Shown: piece after piece, positions 25,609-38,123 of the stretch
Layout: the number at the start of each line of letters is the position of its first letter
Position numbering within the stretch: the first letter of the stretch is position 1
Source of the DNA: Octopus sinensis
Lineage: Eukaryota
Assembly (NCBI RefSeq): GCF_006345805.1
Contig: NC_043003.1
Location: 111,414,001-111,478,000, forward strand
DNA: 64,000 nucleotides
Direction of reading: 5' to 3'
The notes under the pieces: generated by a model
The model's database searches: none
Told to the model about the DNA's origin: nothing
What the model saw: only the letters and a program-made list of their open reading frames with translations
Translations under genes and position numbers: made by a program

Positions 25609-26050
25609 GGGATCTTTTCGGTCTGAACGGCAGTTTTTGACAATTTCTAGGTAAGTAAAAAAATTTAAACTTCGTATACTGGTAGAATGTGTTTATAAAA
25701 ATCTTTTTCTCTTGGCTTTATTGAAAAAATTCTATAGTTTGTATGATATTTGTTTGTTTTTTTCTTCAATTTCTGCAATTTCAACCAATCAAATACCTCT
25801 ATTGAGGTGAAAACATTCTGTGCCGTATGAATATGTCCCTCGTTTAAGAAACAGATTGAGTTTATTTACATATCTGAAGAAAAAAAAGATACCCTTCCAC
25901 ACACCCGTAACCCTAACCCTGACTAACTCTAACTAACCCTAACTAACCCAAAACCTAAAACAGATCGAAATGCAATAGATCAATATTAGGGACATTATTA
26001 TGGGTGACAATTTCAAATGAAAAAAATGCCGTTCAAATCGAAAACATCCC
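25609..26050. mobile_element. MITE with ~30-bp TIRs and an internal telomere-like (TAACCC)n tract
   Basis: Left GGGATCTTTTCGGTCTGAACGGCAGTTTTT; reverse complement of the right end GGGATGTTTTCGATTTGAACGGCATTTTTT; degenerate TAACCC repeats at ~25905-25960. Confidence 0.75.
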
Positions 26051-27029
26051 AAATGTGAGATCTGAGCATGGATAACAATAATCATAATATCAACTCCACT
26101 TTAATTTGTTTAAGACACTGGTCACTTGGAGAAGTGTCTGAATATGACAACATTAATTTGTCGTTCCCCGATGTATAGGAACATAATTGCAAATCAAACA
26201 GACGTTTAAAACACTTAATTATGAAGGTGTGAATAATGAGAAGTATGAGTAGGAGTATTTCTCACGTTTTGTTGCTGTTTAGCTTTCGTTTTACCCTGAT
26301 TTTACAATTTTATGATCAAAGACATTCCACGCGTGACAACCTCTACATTTTTCTATACACTATGTGTATCCTTCTTCACGTTATCCGATGCTTTCTTCAG
26401 CGAAAAACACCGTAGACCTGGTTTTGTGAAGATTTGCTATCTGAAATACAATGAAAGTATTGTGTCAGTAGGTTTCTAAGTTCTTCCATGCTAAGTTCCC
26501 AGCAGCGAGAGAAACAGCAGGCAAACAATTGATATTATCAGATCAATTGGAAGGCCATAAACATTTTCTTACATACAAAAAAGAAAGGTTGCATCTTAGT
26601 GTTCAATAATAGAATATAGTCATCATAACGAAGACTAACATATACCCCTTGTCCCTTATTGTTTGAAGGGAAAATGCAGTTTGACAGAGATATAACTAAT
26701 TCCAACATGGTGGAGTATATCGTACAATCGCACACACTGGCAAGTAAGTTTTGTCTCCGCCTTAGCATTACGTTCATTACTTCAGAGCAAAGTTAATTAC
26801 ATCGACCCAATACTTCACTGATTCTTATTTCATCAGCCCGAGGAGAAATAATTTCACAGTATTGCGGAATTTGAACATAGAACGCATATGAACATAAATC
26901 ATTTGAGAAAGGCACTACTTACTATGCCAGACACTATTCTGTATAATATTTGAATAGAAAGTAAATGAAGGTCACTCTTGCATAGTCGCTGACGCTGTTA
27001 AACATATAAGCAATATTCTTTTCTACTCT

Positions 27030-27415
27030 AGGCACAAGGCCCGAAATATTTGGGAAGTGAACCAGTCGATTTGATCGATCCCAGTTCGAAACTGATACTT
27101 AATTTATCGACCTCGAAAGGATGAAAGGAAAAGTCGACTTCGGTGGAATTTGAACTCAGAACGTAAAGACATACGAAATACCTATTTCTTTACTACCCAC
27201 ATGGGACTAAACACAGAGGGGACAAACAAGGACAGACAAACGGATTAAGTCGATTATATCGACCCCAGTGCGTAACTGGTACTTAATTTATCGACCCTGA
27301 AAAGATGAAAGGCAAAGACGACCTCTGCAAAATTTTACCTCAGAACGTAATGGCAGACGAAATGCGGCTACGCATTTCGCACGGCGTGCTAACGTTTCTG
27401 TCAGCTCGCCGCCTT
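27030..27415 (-). mobile_element. tRNA-derived SINE family A (two core units)
   Basis: Head AAGGCGGCGAGCTG.CAGAAACGTTAGCAC, B-box-like GAGTTCAAATTCC, and core GCCTTTCATCCTTTCG.GGTCGAT.AA.TAAGTACCAG. Confidence 0.8.
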
Positions 27416-27439
27416 ACATATCAGCAATATTCACACTAC

Positions 27440-27748
27440 TGTGTTGTTTGTTCCTTCTCGAGCCACGACTGGCTCATAAGGGCCGGTTTCCCGGTTTCCT
27501 TGGCGTATAGGTTCCACACTTGGACGCGACGCCGGTCCGTTGCAGCTGAGCTGCAAGATGCAGGAGGAAAGAGTGAGAAAAAGTTGTGGAGAAAGAGTCA
27601 GCAGAAGTTCGCCATTACCTTCTGCCGGAGCCACTTGGAGCTTAGGTGTTTCGCTCATAAACACATACATCGCCCGGTCTGAGATTCGAACCCGCGATCC
27701 CTCGACAGCGAATCCGCTGCTCTAACCACTAGGACATGTGCTTCCACA
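27440..27748 (-). mobile_element. tRNA-derived SINE
   Basis: Minus-strand head CTAGTGGTTAGAGCAGCGGATTCG...GGTTCGAATCTCAGACCGGGCG. Confidence 0.7.
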
Positions 27749-28531
27749 CACCACTATGTACCACCGTAAATAAAAAGGAAGGAAACATAAGTAATTGTAT
27801 TCCTTGAAATACATAAAAATAGGATGCATAAGATTGCGACATCTTTGAGCGTAGACATTACACGTGAATCACCACAACACAGAAACCGTAACATAAAGCG
27901 GTGTACTATAAGGGAGACGATGGTCGATTATATTGATCCCAGTAATCGACTGCTCTTTACTCTATAAACTTTTTAGAAGGGTGAAAGGTTCAGTCGTCAC
28001 AGGTAACATTTGAACTCTGAAATTAAATAATGCATTATATTTCGTTCGGTGATTAGTGTTTCTGAAAATGATCGTACTAAATTGGGAAACAAATATTAGT
28101 GGCGAGACTCCAGATGCGTATGATTTGCCTGATCACTGATGTACCAGCGCCCATTCATCCATGCAATAGACCGATTACAAAGGAGAAACGAAACATGAAG
28201 ACTACAGGGAAAAACGAGAATATGGGAGACGTTAAGCCACGAATTATGACGTTTAGAAGTCTTATTAAATGTATGCAGAATATTCATAATTTCAAACTTG
28301 ACTGAGGAAAAATAATTATTATTTGTAATTTTAGCACAATGCCAGCGTTTTGAGGGGAAAGGAAGTCGATTAAGTTGCCCCAAATGTTCAACTGAGACTT
28401 AATTGACCTAATGCAAAGTCGACCTTGACAGCATTTGAACTCGGAATGTAATGCCGGAAGCAAAGTTTCTTAGCATTTTGTCTTGTGTATTAATGACTGA
28501 CAGTTAACCGCCCTTAATGACAGGAAAGAAT

Positions 28532-29190
28532 AGGCGGCGAGCTGACAGAAACGTTAGCACGCCGGGCGAAATGCGTAGCCATTTTTCGTCTGCCATTACT
28601 TTCTGAGTTCGAATTCCGCCGAGGTCGGCTATGCCTTTCATCCTTTCGAGGTCGATTAAATAAGTACCAATTACGCACTGATGTCAATGTAATCGATTTA
28701 ATCCGTTTGTCTGTCCTTGTTTGTCTTCTCTTTGTTTACCCTCTCATCGGTAGTAAAGAAATAGGTATTCCGTCTGCCGTTACGTTCTGAGTTCAAATTC
28801 CGCCGAGGTCGACTTTGCCTTTCATCCGTTCGGGATCGATTAAATAAGTAACAGTTACGCACTGGGGTCGATGTAATCGACTTAATACGTTTGTCTATCC
28901 TTGTGTGTCTCTGCTATGTTTAGCCCCTTGTGGGTAATAAAGAAACAGATATAATCCACTTTAACCGTTTGTCATTCCTTTTTGTCCCCTCTGTGTTTAG
29001 CCCCTTGTGGGTAGTAAAGAAATAAGTATTTCGTATGTCTTTACGATCTGAGTTCAAATTCCGCCGAGCTCGACTTTGTCTTTCACCTTTCGAGGTCGAA
29101 AAATTAAGTACCAGTTTCTTACTGGGGTCGACCTAATCGACCAGCCCCCCTCCCCCAAAATCTCGGGCCTTGTTACTAGAGTAGAAAAGA
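28532..29190 (+). mobile_element. SINE family A multimer (about three core units)
   Basis: One head at 28532; GAGTTC(G/A)AATTCCGCCGAG core restarts at ~28605, ~28790 and ~29050. Confidence 0.8.
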
Positions 29191-29214
29191 ACTACAAGAA
29201 AGGATAAATAAAAT

Positions 29215-29310
29215 ATGGCGTATCGGTTAAGAGCGCGGGCTACTGACCCCAATATTCCGAGTTCGATACCAGACAGTGTCCAGAATAATATAATAATAAT
29301 AATAACGATG
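29215..29310 (+). mobile_element. Very short tRNA-like SINE with an (AAT)n tail
   Basis: TGGCGTATCGGTTAAGAGCGCGGGC (A box) and GAGTTCGATACC (B box), followed by AATAAT repeats. Confidence 0.5.
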
Positions 29311-31844
29311 ATGATAAAATCGAAAATACCTTTGGAATGAGAACCCGGATTCGAAACTTCCCCAAGATGAAGGGTGAACAGTATGTTAGCCGAAAAAGCT
29401 ATGTTGACAACAGACAAGATGACAAATATCCATCAAGTGTAAATAATGTACATAATTCCTCATCTTTTAAATATAGAACTGTATTAAATGATTTATAAAA
29501 TCCCTTTCTATTATGAGCACAGGGCCTGCAGTTTTGGGGTATGAGGCTTAGTCTATTACATCGTCCCAAGTGCGGAACTGGTGATTATTTCCTTGACCCC
29601 AAAAGGACGAAAGACAAGCACGATAACCGGCGAAATTTGAAGTCAGAGAGTAAAATACGAACGAAATGTCGTTAAGCGTTTTTGTCCGGCGAGCTAACGA
29701 TAGTGCCAGATCGCCATCTTAATGTTTTCTATTATTAGATATAAGGAACGTGGTGAGCACTTCATACCTAGGGAACACATGGTAAAAACAATAAAATAGA
29801 GTTTTGCGTTCATTTGTCCCGACTATTTAATTTCTGAGTTTAAACCCACCCATGTCAACTTTGTTTTCAGCATTGGGAATGAGAAAAATACCAGTTAAGT
29901 CCTACGTTCTATGGTATCGATTAACAGAAAAAAATTATTAACTATAAGTGTCTAGATTGTTTAAAGCAACAAAAAAACAAAACAGAAAATAAAATTAAAG
30001 AAACAGATGAGTGGGTTTACATTGGGTAAAAAGGTAAGATAATTATTAAAATCACGTTAATTGATAATAATGATCTCAATTTTTGGGCAACCAAATTTGT
30101 GGAAAGGGAAAGGTCGATTACATCGGCCTAATAAATGGTTGGTGCTTTATTTTATCGTTCTGGAAGGACAATACACAAAGTTGATCTCAGCAAGATTTTA
30201 ACTCAAAATGTAAATAGCCGAAACATATACTGCAAAGCAATTATCTTCTTTTTGCTAACATTCTACAGAGTCTACCAGATCGCTAACCATCTGCGTTTAT
30301 AAAAATGTCATGATAGTACTTGCTGTAGAACGCGGAGAGATGGCGGAACCATCAGCATTCGGGCAAAATGCGTAACGACATTTCGATTGTCTTTTGAATG
30401 TTCCATGTTCAAATTCCGCCAAGGTCTACTTTGCCTTTCATCATTTCGAAGTCGATAAAATAATTACCAGTTGCGCACTAGCGTCTATTTAATCGACTTA
30501 CAGCTCCCCGAAAAATGTCTAGCCATGGGCAAAAATTTAAAACAAATATTGAGTAATAAGGGCTAGATTTAGTTAAACGGATATTATACAAACAACTGAA
30601 ACTTTAAGAGTACATATTGTAACAAAAATGACCAACAAAGGCTTTACAGGAACTCAGAAGGCAAAAATACGCAAAACATTATAATTCATTCTACAATAGG
30701 CGCAAAGACTGAAATTTCAGAGGCGAGAACTAGTTGATTACATCAATTTAGTATTTGAATGATACTTATTTTATCAACCCCAAGAGAATTTAAAGCAAAG
30801 TCTACTTCGACGGAATTTGAACGTAGATCGTAAAGTTGAACGGAATGCCACTAAGCATTTTGCCTGGTGTGCCAAAAGTTCTGCCTGCTCGCCGCCTTAA
30901 GCCAATTTTGAAACTAATTGTAAATATAGGAAACAGGCGATTTCTTATATAGAAGAACAGCTGACTACGTTGCCTCCAGTTATTGGTGGCTCGTATAAGT
31001 TACATCAAAGTTAATTTCTAAGTGATTTGAAACCAAGATGTAAAGAACCATAAAAAATTACTAAAGACGTTTTGCCCAGCTCAACCCATTCTGCCAATCA
31101 CCCACCTTGAACGAAAAAGATGTAATCGATATGATTCGCATCCACCGGGGATTGTTTCTTTTTATTTTTTTTTAACAAATCAAAAATAATGGACACTTTC
31201 ACGGATTAAACTATGTTATTTTACTGATGTAATTAATTTTTACCTTAAACATATTGTTTACAAACCTTTGCACAATGTCAGCAATTTTGTACGAGTGGGT
31301 GAATCGATTAATCGACCTCATTTCTTATAGGTAGTTCTTTTAACGAGTACAAAGCCAGTGATTTCTAAAGAGGGGTACGTTGATTACATTGGCCCCAGTG
31401 GCAATTACCCGGTACATTTTTTTTTTACCTAGAAATGATGAAAGACAAAGTCGATCCCGTCGTCATTTGAACTATGAACGAGTAAATTGCCACTAAATAT
31501 TTTGCCCGGCATGCTAGCAATTCCGCCAGCTCGCCGCCTTATTATGTATTAAATGTATTGCATTACAAGATAAGGAATAGGATTGCTGTTAGTTATCGTA
31601 ATGGAAAGTGGGTGATAAGATACTTGACGGTTACTAAAAGAAGGATGAAGAAATGATGATTACGATGATGAAAATGTTGACGAAAAACATATTGCAGTTA
31701 CAAATGTTGATGTTTCTACTTTATACAGCCGCTGGTAAAAAAAAAACAATGAAAATACACCTCCGTCTGCTAATAAGGGCAATACGGGGAAGACATTACG
31801 AACACAAATATTTCGAAAAGGCTATGGATAATATTTTATACTAT

Positions 31845-32414
31845 AGGCACAAGGCCCGAAATTTTGTGGGAGGGAACCAGTCGATTCGATCGACCTCAGT
31901 ACGAAACTGGTACTTAATTTATCGACCACGAAAGGATGAAAGGCAAAGTCGACATCGGCGGAATTTAAAATCAGAACTAAAAGACAGACGAATTACCTCT
32001 TCCTTTACTACCCACAAGGGGTTAAACACAGAGAGGACAAGCAAAGACAGACACACGGATTAAGTCGATTGTATCGACCTCAGTACGTCACTGGTACTTA
32101 TTTAATCGACCGCGAAATGATGAAAGGCAAAGTCGACCTCGGCGGAATTTGAACTCAGAACGTAGCGGCAGACGATATACCTATTTCTTTACTACCCACA
32201 AGGGGCTAAACACAGAGAAGACAAACAAGGACAGACAAACGGATTAAGTCGATTACATCGACCTCAGTGCGTAACTGGTACTTAATTTATCGATCCCGAA
32301 AGGATGAAAGACAAAGTCGACATCAGCGGAATTTGAACTCACAACGTAACGGCAGACGAAATAGGGCTACGCATTTCGCCCGGTGTGCTAACGTCACTGC
32401 CAGATCGCCACCTT
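31845..32414 (-). mobile_element. SINE family A trimer
   Basis: GATGAAAG(G/A)CAAAGTCGAC core repeated with a ~185-bp period (~31935, ~32120, ~32305); single head ending at 32414. Confidence 0.85.
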
Positions 32415-32452
32415 AAGGCTAGTAAAAGATAAATAAATATATAAATAGTGTA

Positions 32453-32454
<2 letters not shown>

Positions 32455-32509
<55 letters not shown>

Positions 32510-32540
32510 GGTGGTGGTGGTGATGATGATGATGATGATG

Positions 32541-32573
<33 letters not shown>

Positions 32574-32740
32574 GTGACGACGACGACGACGACGACGACG
32601 AGGACGACGACGACGACAGCGACGACGACGACGACAGCGATGAAAACGACGACGGCAAGAAGGAAGTGGAGGAGGCGGAAGAGGAGGTGGAGGAGGGAGG
32701 GGAGGATATAATGATGATGATGATGATGATAATGATGATA
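32455..32740. repeat. Compound trinucleotide repeat (GAT)n(GGT)n(GAC)n
   Basis: Read directly; source of the poly-M/H/S ORFs in the track. Confidence 0.95.
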
Positions 32741-33124
32741 AATACAATATAAATAATATCAATAACATCGTTCATTATACAAAGAAATAGATATGACAAA
32801 AGCAACAAGAATTACAAGGAATAAGTGGAAAAAAACAAAAGTAAAATTATTACAAAACAAGTAATATAAAAATAAATAAAAAGAAAAAGACGTAACACTC
32901 TGAGAACAGAAGATATGATTGTGAAAATCAATATGTATGTGTGTATGTGTGTGTGTGTTGGCGTGACTGTGTGTGTATGTATGTATGTGGGCATCTGTGC
33001 ATATATGCGTGTGTATGCAGGTATGTATGCATATGCCGACTTACATCTACATGTATATATATATATATATATTATATATATATATATATATATGTATGTA
33101 TATATATATATATATGTATGTATG

Positions 33125-33156
<32 letters not shown>

Positions 33157-33424
33157 ATGTATGTATACATGTATATATAATATCCATTAACATTTATATA
33201 TATATAAATGTAAATATATGTATGTATATATATAAATGCATATGCATATATATATAATATTCAATTGTTTGTATGTATGTGTATATATATATATATATAC
33301 ATATAAATGCATATATATATAAACGTATATATTTATGTATATATATATATATACACACATACGTATATTATTTATACACATATACTACATACATGTATTT
33401 ATAGATGAATACGTGGATATAGGA

Positions 33425-33460
<36 letters not shown>

Positions 33461-33739
33461 ATGCATGTTTATATGTGTGTGTATGTGTACACATTTATAA
33501 AGATATACATGTTGTATGTTGATATATAGATGTATCTATTTATGAATATGCGTGCGTGTGTGTGTATAAATGCCTATATAGACAAATATATAGAAATATA
33601 CACGTGTATGCCATACGCATACACGCACAGGCACACACACACACTCACACGTATTTACATAAGTGTGCATACAAGTATATTTATATATGTATATAGATGT
33701 ATAGATTTAGATAAGTTGGTATATAGACCGAAACAGAGA

Positions 33740-33778
33740 CAAATAGATAGATAGATAGATAGATAGATATATAGATAT

Positions 33779-33840
<62 letters not shown>

Positions 33841-33873
33841 GGAGAGATGGATGGATGAATAGATAGATAGATG

Positions 33874-33943
<70 letters not shown>
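33740..33943. repeat. (GATA)n microsatellite
   Basis: Read directly. Confidence 0.95.
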
Positions 33944-34494
33944 CTGTTAGGAATATAGGACTAGTTTTGTATTTTCGTTCAAATGCGTTATGGACAAAGT
34001 GACTTTATCACTTTCCAATAGCAGAGAATTAGGTAACTAATTATTAATTAATTAAAGGATTTTCTCGGATCTTTACTCAGGCTATCTTTAATCGATACTT
34101 TTAATCCACAACTACATAATTGAAGGGAACGCATCCATTTGTCTGAATCGCACTAAGTTAACATAGGTTAGCAATGGTAGCTACAACCACCAGAACTGAA
34201 CCTTCGCCGGATGGATCAGTAAATACTGCTTCGCATTTATTCTTCCACAATATATCAGCACTACCACTTAACCGTCTTGTTTCTTTAATGATGATAATGA
34301 TGAAGATTCATAGTAAAAATATTATGAGATTTGTAACTTCGTCCGAAGTCCTATACATTCTTACGGTTGTGCGTAAAAATATTATTGCAAAAAATAAGGA
34401 TAATATTTCAAACTATAAGCACAAAGCCTATGGAATATAGAAAACGTTTACCTGACTGCTACTTTATTTTATAGAAATAATAATAATAATAATG

Positions 34495-34574
<80 letters not shown>

Positions 34575-35419
34575 AAGAAGGAGAAGAAGAAAAATGTTAA
34601 AATTTTAGCTCACGACCAGAAATTTAAGTGGTAGAGGCTGGTCGATTACATCAAAGCCAGTAGTTGGCTAGAACTTTCATTTATTGATTCAGGACGAGAG
34701 ACAAGCTAGACTTTAGCAGGAATTGAACTCGTAATAGACAGCGGTGGAAAAAATACTGCAAGGCATTTTTCGACGCTCGAACAATTTTGCTAATCGAGAA
34801 ATTAATTATAGCAACAAAATATTTTTTTATTAGCACAAAGTCGCATATTTGGAGCGAGGGATTATAGCCGTGTTTGACAGGTATTTATATTCTGAAACTC
34901 GAAAAGATGAAGGGTAAAGTTGACTATAACAGGTGTTCATACTGAAGTGTAAAAACTGTAACTACATCACTGGGAGTGAATCATTAAAAATAACGATTCC
35001 GTTATAAGAGGTAAGAGCAGAAGAATTAAAAAAATAGTAGTTAAACTATCTAAACCCAGAAAAATGTTCAAATGAATCTTCCTATTCTAAAAATGAAGAT
35101 AAAAAAGGGAGAGAGAAAAAAATGACATAATTTAAAAAGTAAAGAAAAAATCTACATATAAAACGCACAATAATAACAACAACAACAATAATAATAATAA
35201 TAATAATAATATAATAATAATAATAATGATATTTTTAATCCTGACACAAGGCCATCAACTTCGGGTATGGAGTAAGTCGATTACATCGACCCCAGTACTC
35301 AACTGGTACTTATTTTATCAACCCCAGAAGGATGAAAGGCAAAGTCGACCACGGTGGAATTTGAACTCAGTACGTAAAGACGACGAAAAGTCGCTGAATA
35401 CTTGGCCCGGCGTGCTATG

Positions 35420-35453
<34 letters not shown>

Positions 35454-35477
35454 ATTTTAATTATGACAATAATTTAC

Positions 35478-35801
35478 CTTAGTGTCGTTCCAATTTACAG
35501 TAAGGTTCCAGTGAGGTAAGATTCCCGGATCGGAGTTCACTTTCTCTATAGCAAGTTCTACAGCTGGACGGACCCCACGTCCTATGGCACCAGCTTCCCT
35601 TTCAGTTGTCGTGGGAAACAATCCGATTATATGTAAATCCGAACTAACCCCAGCTACGAAGAACAAAATCGTAGCCAACACCTGTTGTCTGATAACAACC
35701 ATTGAACGAACGCTTGCCTTCATGGGGCGCAGCTTAAAGAATTTCACCTGGGATTTTCGTAGGTCTGCTCTGTTCTGCCAGATATACCTACCGCCCTCCA
35801 T
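35478..35801 (-). CDS. GABBR2: First coding exon of a GABA-B receptor subunit 2-like class C GPCR (signal peptide plus start of the Venus flytrap domain); true start may be ATG 35801, 35723 or 35702
   Basis: MVVIRQQVLATILFFVAGVSS|DLHIIGLFPTTTEREAGAIGRGVRPAVELAIEKVNSDPGILPHWNLTVNWNDTK. The motif GRGVxPAVELA..xDT is recalled from GABA-B2 orthologs. A canonical phase-0 donor AAG|GTAAAT lies at 35478/35477, just before the conserved Cys. Confidence 0.85.
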
Positions 35802-36450
35802 CCACTGTGGCTCGCTTTGTTATGCGTGCTTTTTACTTTTAACTGTTCTTATTTTCCACCGTCGCCGACCGCTCTGAAATGAGTCCGGTGGAAGCTTTTG
35901 GTGTTTATGATGTGCACGGTATGTCTTTTTGTGTCTGTGTGCGCGCGCGAGTTTGTTATGTGTACAGTGCTGTGGAGAATGGTGAGGTATAGCGCTGTGT
36001 GAATGTGCGAATGATTCTGTTCGTCTGTGAACGTATGGGAGTGAGCGCGCGCGCGCGTGTGTTTGTGCGTGTGTCTGTGTGCGCGTGTGCAGCGTATGTG
36101 CCTGTGTGTGGAATATGCAGTATGTTTAGTATTGTAAACGTGAGATGCATGCACGCGTTGAGAAATGATGTATGTACAAACATACGTATGTATGTATGTA
36201 TGTATGTATGTATGTATGAATATACACGCACACCTATGTGTGTATCTGTGTGTGAGTGCGTGTCTGTGTGTGTGTGTGTCTGTGTCTTAATTCATTGATT
36301 TGAGTACGGCACCGAATAGATCCACAGAAAGGCGTGTCTCTCTGCACTTTTACGTGTCAGTGTGTGAGCTTTCACATGTGATTGTATGAGTGTTCGTATA
36401 TATACGTGTGTGTTTGTGCGTGTGTGCTTGGCTATGTATGTGTGCGTGTA
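35802..36450 (-). promoter_or_regulatory. Probable 5' UTR and proximal promoter of the GABBR2-like gene
   Basis: Position directly upstream of the first coding exon; locally CpG-rich with (CG)n/(TG)n runs (GCGCGCGCGA at ~35941; GCGCGCGCGCGTGT at ~36045). TSS not determined. Confidence 0.4.
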
Positions 36451-36599
36451 TCTATGTGTCTATATCGCACGTTGTCCTCGTGTGTCCGTGTGTCTGTATG
36501 GAATGTGCACAAGTGTATTTGTTTATGCAAATCGCTTGAGAAGTTTCTCGTTAAGTAAAGGTGGCGAATAATATTGTAGTTGTTGCTATTGTAAGTGGA

Positions 36600-36862
36600 C
36601 GATTATGATGACGCGGGTGATGATGATAAAGATGATGACAACGATTACAATAATAAACACTGACTGTGAAGAGTCGGACGATAATAACAAAGATGACGAA
36701 GAGGATTACAGGATGAATGTCAGGGGATGAGAAGAAATAGAGATGAAGTAGATGAAGGACCGAGTGTAATAAGGGACGGTTATGCTGTGGCTGCGTCGAC
36801 GACAACGGTGAAATGACATCGTTTTCAATAACAATCGGCGATGCAGTGGCGACGGCGGCGAT

Positions 36863-36893
<31 letters not shown>

Positions 36894-37136
36894 GAGGCGG
36901 TGGCAGAGGTGGTAGATAGCGGGGTGATAGAGGTGTGTGTGTGTGTGTGTGTTATTATCGGTGGTAGCGTCAGCGACGGTTGCGTTGGTGATGAGTATGG
37001 TAATAGTCATGATAATGATAATGATGGTGATGATGATAATGACAACGACAACGGCTAATGATGACAACGAACGTGACGACGACGACGATGACAAGGACGA
37101 CGACGATGGTGATTACGGGAATGGTAATGGGAACTG

Positions 37137-37178
<42 letters not shown>

Positions 37179-37400
37179 CGATGAATATGACGAGGATGAT
37201 GATGAAGATGATAATGACAACGACGGCGACGATGATGAGGATGATGACGATGATGTTGATGGTGATAATGATGATGAAAATGATACTGATGTTTATCATC
37301 ATCATCATCATCATCATCATAAACAAAATGATTCTATCGAAAAGGAAGCTGACTAAGGGGGAAGAAGGATTTTATTGATTACGATAATGACGATAATGAT
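36600..37400. repeat. Low-complexity (GAT)/(GGT)/(GAC) trinucleotide region
   Basis: Read directly; generates the poly-D/M ORFs. Confidence 0.9.
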
Positions 37401-37497
37401 GTTATTGATGATATTGACGTAAGGCAGAGAAGAAAAAGAAAGAAATCAGCTGTCACATTCAATTATTTTTGTTGTTATCGATCATATTATTTCCACA

Positions 37498-37537
<40 letters not shown>

Positions 37538-38014
37538 TGAGTATGAATGGATGTACGTATATATAAATATGTGTGTTCTTTTGTGAGTGTATACGATTTG
37601 TATAACTTTGTTATAGTTGTCATATGTGATTTGCCTGGTTCTATACACACTGCATACATACTTGTCATCATACACGCATGTGTGTGTATATGTGTGCGTG
37701 AGTGTGTTTGTCTGTGTGTGTGTGTGTGTTTGTCTGTGTGTATGTGTGTGTTTGTCTGTGTGTATACAGGTGTATATTTACTGACAAACACTCACGCATA
37801 TATCTATACCCCTTTACATATATATTCATGTGTGTGTGTATTCGTTTATTATTTCATTCGTTTCTGTCCAAATGATGTGGCCACGCTGGGGCACTCTTGG
37901 TATAATATTATGCATATATACATGCGTATACATGTACATTCATTGATGTGTGAACAAACATACATACACACATACATATATATAGTATATATATTACATA
38001 TATATATATATATA

Positions 38015-38056
<42 letters not shown>

Positions 38057-38070
38057 TTACATACACACGC

Positions 38071-38123
<53 letters not shown>

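Noticed and set aside
29215-29290. Functional tRNA gene
   Set aside because: A and B boxes are present, but I could not form a clean acceptor stem or cloverleaf and an (AAT)n tail follows, so a SINE is more likely; tRNAscan-SE would settle it.
29360-29410. Hammerhead-like AGATGAAGGG...GCCGAAA
   Set aside because: The core lacks CUGA and stems I and III cannot be formed.
31845-32414. CRISPR-like regularly spaced repeats
   Set aside because: The ~185-bp units are whole SINE cores without unique spacers, in a eukaryotic context with no cas genes.
13250-35200. Second exon of the GABBR2-like gene
   Set aside because: The GP/FG-containing minus-strand candidates I inspected (~14170, ~18900, ~19405, ~25390) lack the expected motif context or hit stops; not found by eye.
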